Below, piece after piece: positions 57,422-61,600 of a stretch of DNA of 61,600 nucleotides. Below the pieces are notes generated by a model. The model was not told the DNA's origin, ran no database searches, and worked only from the letters and a program-made list of their open reading frames with translations. The first letter of the stretch is position 1; each line of letters starts with the position of its first letter. The stretch is taken from the sequence record NC_048193.1; one strand, given 5' to 3'. Position numbers and translations under genes: made by a program. The DNA comes from Escherichia phage PTXU04.

Positions 57422-57777
57422 TTGTTGGCCTCACGGTTAAGCCATTCGATGGCCTCTTTTTGAGTTTTCACAGTGGTTTTATATTTACCGTCCCACCAGA
57501 TCACATGATTGCCTTCAATATTCCGGTATACATAGGCACGTCTGACTCCGCGCTGGTCGCTCAGAATAATGATGTTGTTGCTGTCGTGGTTGATGGCGAT
57601 ACCCCAGCCTTTAGGCAGGTTTACCGGTACGCCCAGGAAATGCGGTTGTTCCTCCTTTGGTTGCAGGCTGGCAATCAGCACGTCTAAAGCCTCGATTAAC
57701 TCATAAGCCGGGGCCGTCTTCGGGATAATGCAGGCATAATCATCCCGCAGGTTCTGGTAGTAGCTTAAAGTTTTCAT
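57418..57777 (-). CDS. hypothetical protein (PKGW motif)
   Basis: 119-aa ORF. Confidence 0.45.
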   Translation of the reverse strand: MKTLSYYQNLRDDYACIIPKTAPAYELIEALDVLIASLQPKEEQPHFLGVPVNLPKGWGIAINHDSNNIIILSDQRGVRRAYVYRNIEGNHVIWWDGKYKTTVKTQKEAIEWLNREANK

Positions 57778-58028
57778 TTGGTTAATCCCTCGATTGCCTC
57801 ACGGGCGTGGCGCTTTGCGTCGCCGTAAGCGTTGGGCGAATACTGCGACGTTTCATGACCAGCAAACCACGCGTTAACTAATAGCTCTTTGATTAGCTCA
57901 CTGTTGAGCAGGTCAAACGCGCCGTTAGTGTAAGGATGCGTGTAAGGATTGGCCTTGTTGCGCTGCGTCGGGTCGCTATCCTTATCAGTCATGTGGGCGT
58001 TGTTGATCCACTTCTCGAACTCTGTCAT
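57774..58028 (-). CDS. hypothetical protein
   Basis: 84-aa ORF; its ATG overlaps the TGA of the small ORF 58025-58201 (ATGA). Confidence 0.45.
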   Translation of the reverse strand: MTEFEKWINNAHMTDKDSDPTQRNKANPYTHPYTNGAFDLLNSELIKELLVNAWFAGHETSQYSPNAYGDAKRHAREAIEGLTK

Positions 58029-58201
58029 TTGAATTTACCCTCCAGTATTTTAGCGATGACCGCATCAATCCACATGTCACGCTGCGACGGCTCATAGGTG
58101 TGGCTGAGCACCTGGCCGATAGTAGCACCTGGGGCAAACGTGGTAATTAATATCACTGTATGCCCGATAAACTTTAATTTGATGTTACTGATTGTTTGCA
58201 T
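58025..58201 (-). CDS. small ORF, possible degenerate fourth copy of the tandem paralog family (tentative)
   Basis: Hand-translated 58-aa ORF (MQTISNIKLKFIGHTVILITTFAPGATIGQVLSHTYEPSQRDMWIDAVIAKILEGKFK) starting at the same conserved ATG (inside the KDHA codons) that starts each paralog; ends in ATGA overlap with the next gene. Confidence 0.3.
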   Translation of the reverse strand: MQTISNIKLKFIGHTVILITTFAPGATIGQVLSHTYEPSQRDMWIDAVIAKILEGKFK

Positions 58202-58475
58202 GGTCTTTTACCCACTTGATGCGCTCATGGTTAAGGTGCATGGTCGCGCCGTCAAACTCTATTTCGAATCGGTATTCACCGCCGAACGGGTAGATCGGAT
58301 CGAGTCCAGCCTCTTCCAGTTGCTTCTTAATATGCCAGCGCGGCAGGCAATACGGCGCTTGCGTGACTGACATACATAATCCAACGTGACGATAGAACGG
58401 CTGGCCTTCCGGCGCGCCTTTATCCAGCCAGGCGGCATAGTCGTTATAGAATTGCTGTAATAATTTATTTTGCAT
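58185..58475 (-). CDS. tandem paralog C (about 95-aa family, unknown function)
   Basis: MQNKLLQQFYNDYAAWLDKGAP ... AGLDPIYPFGG ... RIKWVKDHA; similar along its length to the two genes upstream. Confidence 0.55.
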   Translation of the reverse strand: MQNKLLQQFYNDYAAWLDKGAPEGQPFYRHVGLCMSVTQAPYCLPRWHIKKQLEEAGLDPIYPFGGEYRFEIEFDGATMHLNHERIKWVKDHANNQ

Positions 58476-58752
58476 GGTCTTTCACCCATTGAACGCGTAA
58501 AGGGTTGAGGTGCATAGCCCGATTCTCTAAATCTATATCGAACTGAGGCACGCCGCCGAACGGGTATAATGAATCGAGTCCGGCCTCCGCAAACTGTTTT
58601 TTAATTTCGTTAAGAGGTACGCGGTACGGTCGTTTCATTGCTTGCGAGCATAAACCCTCGCCGCGCGTAAATTGCTTATCGTCTTCCGGCGCGCCAGCAT
58701 CAAGCCAGGCCGCGTAGTCGTTATAGAATTGCTGTAAGTTTTTATTGTGCAT
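58465..58752 (-). CDS. tandem paralog B (about 95-aa family, unknown function)
   Basis: MHNKNLQQFYNDYAAWLDAGAP ... AGLDSLYPFGG ... RVQWVKDHAK; start ATG lies inside the WVKDHA codons of paralog A (11-nt overlap). Confidence 0.55.
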   Translation of the reverse strand: MHNKNLQQFYNDYAAWLDAGAPEDDKQFTRGEGLCSQAMKRPYRVPLNEIKKQFAEAGLDSLYPFGGVPQFDIDLENRAMHLNPLRVQWVKDHAK

Positions 58753-59029
58753 GGTCTTTTACCCACTTGATGCGTAAAGGGTTGATGTGATGGTCGCTAT
58801 TGAATGACTTAGTAAGATAATCCGCCTCACCGTCATTGAAAGGATACTGAAAATCAAGACCAGCCGCCTCGAACTGGCGACCCATCTCGATATAAGCGTC
58901 ACGGTCGCCGCCGAACTTCCCCAGGTTATGACATAACCCAGCGTCTCGATAAAACGGTTGTTTGTGTGGCGCGCCAGCGTCAAGCCACGCGGCGTATGCG
59001 TTATAGAATGCCTGTAATAATTTATTCAT
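58742..59029 (-). CDS. tandem paralog A (about 95-aa family, unknown function)
   Basis: MNKLLQAFYNAYAAWLDAGAP ... AGLDFQYPFNDG ... RIKWVKDHAQ. Confidence 0.55.
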   Translation of the reverse strand: MNKLLQAFYNAYAAWLDAGAPHKQPFYRDAGLCHNLGKFGGDRDAYIEMGRQFEAAGLDFQYPFNDGEADYLTKSFNSDHHINPLRIKWVKDHAQ

Positions 59030-59164
59030 TTCAATAAGTCCTCGATTGCTAAGTGGATGCCTACCAGCCGCGCCCGGTCACGCTGGGCTTTAATGCGGCT
59101 CACTACAGTGGCGAGGGACTCCCCGCCGTACAGGGTGATTTTAAACAGGGTGGTCACCCGGCTG

Positions 59165-59461
59165 TTATATTTTGCGCAAAGCACGTAAGGCTTCATTGTA
59201 GTATTCCGTCATTTCAATTTTCATGTGGTGGCTTACGCAATCCTCGTTGGCCCATACTAGCCAGTCGCTCGGCAATGCGCAGGCAATGAACTCCTGCCAG
59301 TAGTCATAATCGCGCTGGCTGAGCGTACCCATTGCCGCTATTTTGTTGCGCACATCGAAACCAGCGTTAAAGATTTGCTGACAGATAGCGGCCAGGGTGG
59401 GGCGCAGTGCCAGTTTGCGGAAGTAGCGCGCGTCTTCAGCGTCGATAATTTGATTGGTCAT
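59165..59461 (-). CDS. hypothetical protein
   Basis: 98-aa ORF; leader TTAACAGGAGATGCAATC-ATG with hairpin 59484-59499 upstream. Confidence 0.45.
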   Translation of the reverse strand: MTNQIIDAEDARYFRKLALRPTLAAICQQIFNAGFDVRNKIAAMGTLSQRDYDYWQEFIACALPSDWLVWANEDCVSHHMKIEMTEYYNEALRALRKI

Positions 59462-59483
59462 GATTGCATCTCCTGTTAAGGGT

Positions 59484-59499
59484 GGGGCACGATGGCCCC
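59484..59499 (-). terminator. GC hairpin (GGGGC-loop-GCCCC) in hairpin/leader cassette
   Basis: Between the stop of 59509-60306 and the RBS of 59165-61; flanking CCTGTTAAGGGTGGGGC sequence recurs at 60322-60348 and 55569-55583. Confidence 0.4.
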
Positions 59500-59508
59500 G
59501 GTGGTTGA

Positions 59509-60306
59509 TTATAAGCCGTTAATGCGGTTGGCGTAGCTCACAGCGTTGTATTCGTCGTCGAACTCGTACAGGTGCTTACCGTCGAGCATTACGAAGTGAC
59601 GACCTTTGTCAGTGCTGTACACGGCGCGCCCGTTGGTGATAGTGGTGTAAGCGTTGATGTCTGCCTCTGTTACCTCCAGCGCGCCCATGTTGATGAGGTT
59701 GCGGATACCGATCTGAATGTCGACCCACTCGCGCGACTCGTTAACCCAGCGATAAACGAAACCTGACTTGCTCACCTTGTATACGGAGTCAGCCACGAAG
59801 TAGCGCGGTGTTTCTTTATTGATGAAGTCGGTCAGTTGCTGTTGCTTACGCTCAAACTCTTTGCGGTTAAACGCTACAGTCAGGTCCAGTTCTTCACCAG
59901 CATATAAATGCTGCGGCGCTTTCGCCAGGTCACACAGGTCATTGTGATTGGTGATGCGTGCGTCGTGACCGTCTACGATACGCTGCGCCATACCTGCCAG
60001 CAGGTTAGCGGTGCGCTCGCGGTCCATTTTAAACGCTTCATCATGAGCGGCGGCAATGGAGTTACCGGAAAACTCGCGGTTGTCCTTGCCGTCCCAGCCC
60101 ATGCGGGAATCGCGGGAATTAAGCTCAATGATGGCCGCCTCCAGGCGCTCAATCAGCTTAGCGCGACGTGTCGGGGTGGAGAAAGACAACCCGGTGTTAG
60201 CTTCGAAGTTAATGCGGTTCCACTCAGCACAGATAGCGCCGATAGTAGTTGTGTTGTCGCGAATCATACGTTCGGCAGTCTGGATCAGGAAAGTGATATT
60301 AGTCAT
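59509..60306 (-). CDS. hypothetical protein
   Basis: 265-aa ORF; conserved leader CAAAGAGCGAGAAACAAAA-ATG. Confidence 0.5.
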   Translation of the reverse strand: MTNITFLIQTAERMIRDNTTTIGAICAEWNRINFEANTGLSFSTPTRRAKLIERLEAAIIELNSRDSRMGWDGKDNREFSGNSIAAAHDEAFKMDRERTANLLAGMAQRIVDGHDARITNHNDLCDLAKAPQHLYAGEELDLTVAFNRKEFERKQQQLTDFINKETPRYFVADSVYKVSKSGFVYRWVNESREWVDIQIGIRNLINMGALEVTEADINAYTTITNGRAVYSTDKGRHFVMLDGKHLYEFDDEYNAVSYANRINGL

Positions 60307-60333
60307 TTTTGTTTCTCGCTCTTTGTTGAGGGT

Positions 60334-60348
60334 GGGGCCGATGGCCCC
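60334..60348 (-). terminator. GC hairpin (GGGGCC-loop-GGCCCC) in hairpin/leader cassette
   Basis: Between the stop of 60358-60540 and the leader of 59509-60306. Confidence 0.4.
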
Positions 60349-60357
60349 GTCACGTTA

Positions 60358-60540
60358 TTAATAGAAAGATACGTAGGTCGCAATCCCTTTGGCGTCATCG
60401 TTAGGCAGCGCCTTGATCGCCAGGTCGTAACCTGCTTCGACTTTAGCCTTAGCGCTGGCCTCGTTGTAACCCCACATAGTCAGAATGGTCACAACGTTTT
60501 CCTTATTTACTACTTTGAGCGCTTTAGTGATACGTGCCAT
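60358..60540 (-). CDS. hypothetical small protein
   Basis: 60-aa ORF; conserved leader GAAAGAGAGAAACAAA-ATG; predicted promoter at 60579-60607. Confidence 0.4.
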   Translation of the reverse strand: MARITKALKVVNKENVVTILTMWGYNEASAKAKVEAGYDLAIKALPNDDAKGIATYVSFY

Positions 60541-60578
60541 TTTGTTTCTCTCTTTCGTTAATTGGGTGGTGCAAGCTA

Positions 60579-60607
60579 ACTATAAGTAGTGGCGTCCCTG
60601 CCGTCAA
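60579..60607 (-). promoter_or_regulatory. putative sigma70-like early promoter
   Basis: On the - strand: -35 TTGACG (60607-60602), 17-nt spacer containing CAGGGACG, -10 TATAGT (60584-60579). Confidence 0.45.
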
Positions 60608-60635
60608 GTGTTTTATTTATGATTTTGTGATGCAC

Positions 60636-61352
60636 TTAACACTTTTTGCGTGTTTCCTTACGGCGGCGGCAGTAGTCGAGGTAAGCCGCTCTTAATGGTG
60701 CGGCGATATGTGGCAGGATGTCGTGATGACCTCCAGCACGTTGCACACCCATTACCATTTCGTTTAATAACCACTGTGCAAACTCCGGTCTTTCCATTAC
60801 ATCCCGACCAGTAAGGAGGCGATCGCCACCAGGCATCAAATGTTTCGCGTCAGTGTAACGAACCGACCATTGACCGCCGTCCGGTCGAGCGGCCAGGGCT
60901 GGGATTTGCTGATAGTAATGCTCACAGCCTTTAGCTGGCGCATGGTTGACCCACATGATTAAAGAGTCATCAGAATGATAAGCCTTCGCACGGTTACGCC
61001 GGAACGCATCACGCTTTACCGCTGCACAATGTGTACACCCGGCGTTAAGCGTATACTTGATTGTATTGCTGCACACCTTACACGGTCGCCCGGTGTATGT
61101 GCTCTCGCCTTTATGTACAGCGATCTCCCTGGCTAATTTAGCTTTCTGGTATTCCCTGCTCACATTCTTATCCCTTGCACACTGCACACACCCACGGCTG
61201 GAAACGTAGCGCTCGCGCTCCCCACAATGGCGGCAAGGATTCTTCGCGAGGAATACGGCAGCCTTGCGCGTCGGAAGTTGTGCCCCGTCCACGGCGTCAT
61301 CTACCAGGTCGGCCCCGTAGTGGTTCATGATGTCGTCAATGTTGATGGTCAT
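60636..61352 (-). CDS. Cys-rich (multiple CxxC) putative zinc-binding protein; first gene of the - strand early block
   Basis: 238 aa; CRHCGERE ... CVQCARD ... CKVCSNT ... CTHCAAV pairs; ACAGGAAAC RBS region; promoter-like TATAAT upstream. Confidence 0.5.
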   Translation of the reverse strand: MTINIDDIMNHYGADLVDDAVDGAQLPTRKAAVFLAKNPCRHCGERERYVSSRGCVQCARDKNVSREYQKAKLAREIAVHKGESTYTGRPCKVCSNTIKYTLNAGCTHCAAVKRDAFRRNRAKAYHSDDSLIMWVNHAPAKGCEHYYQQIPALAARPDGGQWSVRYTDAKHLMPGGDRLLTGRDVMERPEFAQWLLNEMVMGVQRAGGHHDILPHIAAPLRAAYLDYCRRRKETRKKC

Positions 61353-61385
61353 TCTTAGTTTCCTGTGGTTGTTGATAGAATTTTA

Positions 61386-61414
61386 ATTATACCTTTATCA
61401 CGATGATTAAGTAA
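61386..61414 (-). promoter_or_regulatory. putative early promoter for the first - strand gene
   Basis: On the - strand: perfect -10 TATAAT (61391-61386) about 34 nt upstream of ATG 61352; weak -35 (TTACTT, 61414-61409). Confidence 0.35.
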
Positions 61415-61415
61415 A

Positions 61416-61574
61416 ACATTACTAACTACCGAAAACCTACATAATCACTGATTAAGGCAGGTTTACATTTTCTTAAGAGATAACTTAATCTCACCTAGCG
61501 TGAAAATAAAAACTAGACTTAACCAATGGTTTTGTAGGTTTCCCGTAGTTAGTAATGTATTACTTAATCACTGA
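61416..61574. repeat. 26-bp imperfect inverted repeat (24/26) with associated 10-bp direct repeat
   Basis: Arm 1 ACATTACTAACTACCGAAAACCTACA (61416-61441); arm 2 is its reverse complement with 2 mismatches (61533-61558); each arm is followed by TAATCACTGA (61442-61451, 61565-61574); arms are 91 bp apart. Confidence 0.6.
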
Positions 61575-61600
61575 CATTTACTACAAGAAAGCGCCAACCC

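Noticed and set aside
59026-59157. Possible 43-aa GTG-initiated ORF between 59165-59461 and paralog A
   Set aside because: Ends in an ATGA overlap with paralog A, which is suggestive, but there is no ATG start and no SD; left out of the feature list.
59908-60561. 217-aa + strand ORF overlapping 59509-60306 and 60358-60540
   Set aside because: Antisense to two - strand genes that have conserved leaders and hairpin cassettes; no + strand promoter or RBS.
1-61600. tRNA genes, CRISPR arrays, integrase/repressor lysogeny module, phage RNA polymerase
   Set aside because: No intergenic region is long enough and tRNA-like (no conserved T-arm GTTCGAATC-type motif seen); no repeat-spacer arrays; no tyrosine/serine recombinase or CI-like repressor; the giant protein lacks recognisable RNAP motifs. 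Absence is by eye only.
1-61600. Direct terminal repeats at the window ends
   Set aside because: The first and last ~100 nt do not match each other; the inverted repeat at 61416-61558 is internal. Genome termini cannot be determined from this window alone.

Overview
The window reads as a complete or near-complete genome (about 61.6 kb) of a virulent tailed dsDNA phage with enterobacterial-like codon usage. No integrase, repressor, tRNA or CRISPR array was seen. All calls come from reading the six-frame translations and the DNA by eye; no database search or folding was run, so every family assignment is motif-level. Layout: a + strand late/structural block (246-29994: terminase, tail fiber with chaperone domain, portal, scaffold, capsid, tail proteins, two paralogous HxH-repeat fibers, low-complexity proteins, a ~2200-aa giant protein) converges at a bidirectional terminator (~29986-30005) with a long - strand early/replication block (61352 down to 29991), interrupted by a + strand replication island (39399-45127: SF2 helicase, VRR-NUC-like nuclease, primase, Dam-like methyltransferase). 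The - strand block carries a family B DNA polymerase, a Cas4/RecB-like nuclease, PhoH, DnaQ-like exonuclease, C5-methyltransferase-like protein, MazG, DUF3310, and ends with endolysin-holin followed by a CsrA-like RNA-binding protein. Most worth follow-up: the phage-encoded CsrA homolog, a tandem array of three overlapping ~95-aa paralogs, the twin HxH-repeat fibers, the giant virion protein, and recurrent GC-rich tetraloop hairpin/leader cassettes with sigma70-like early promoters.
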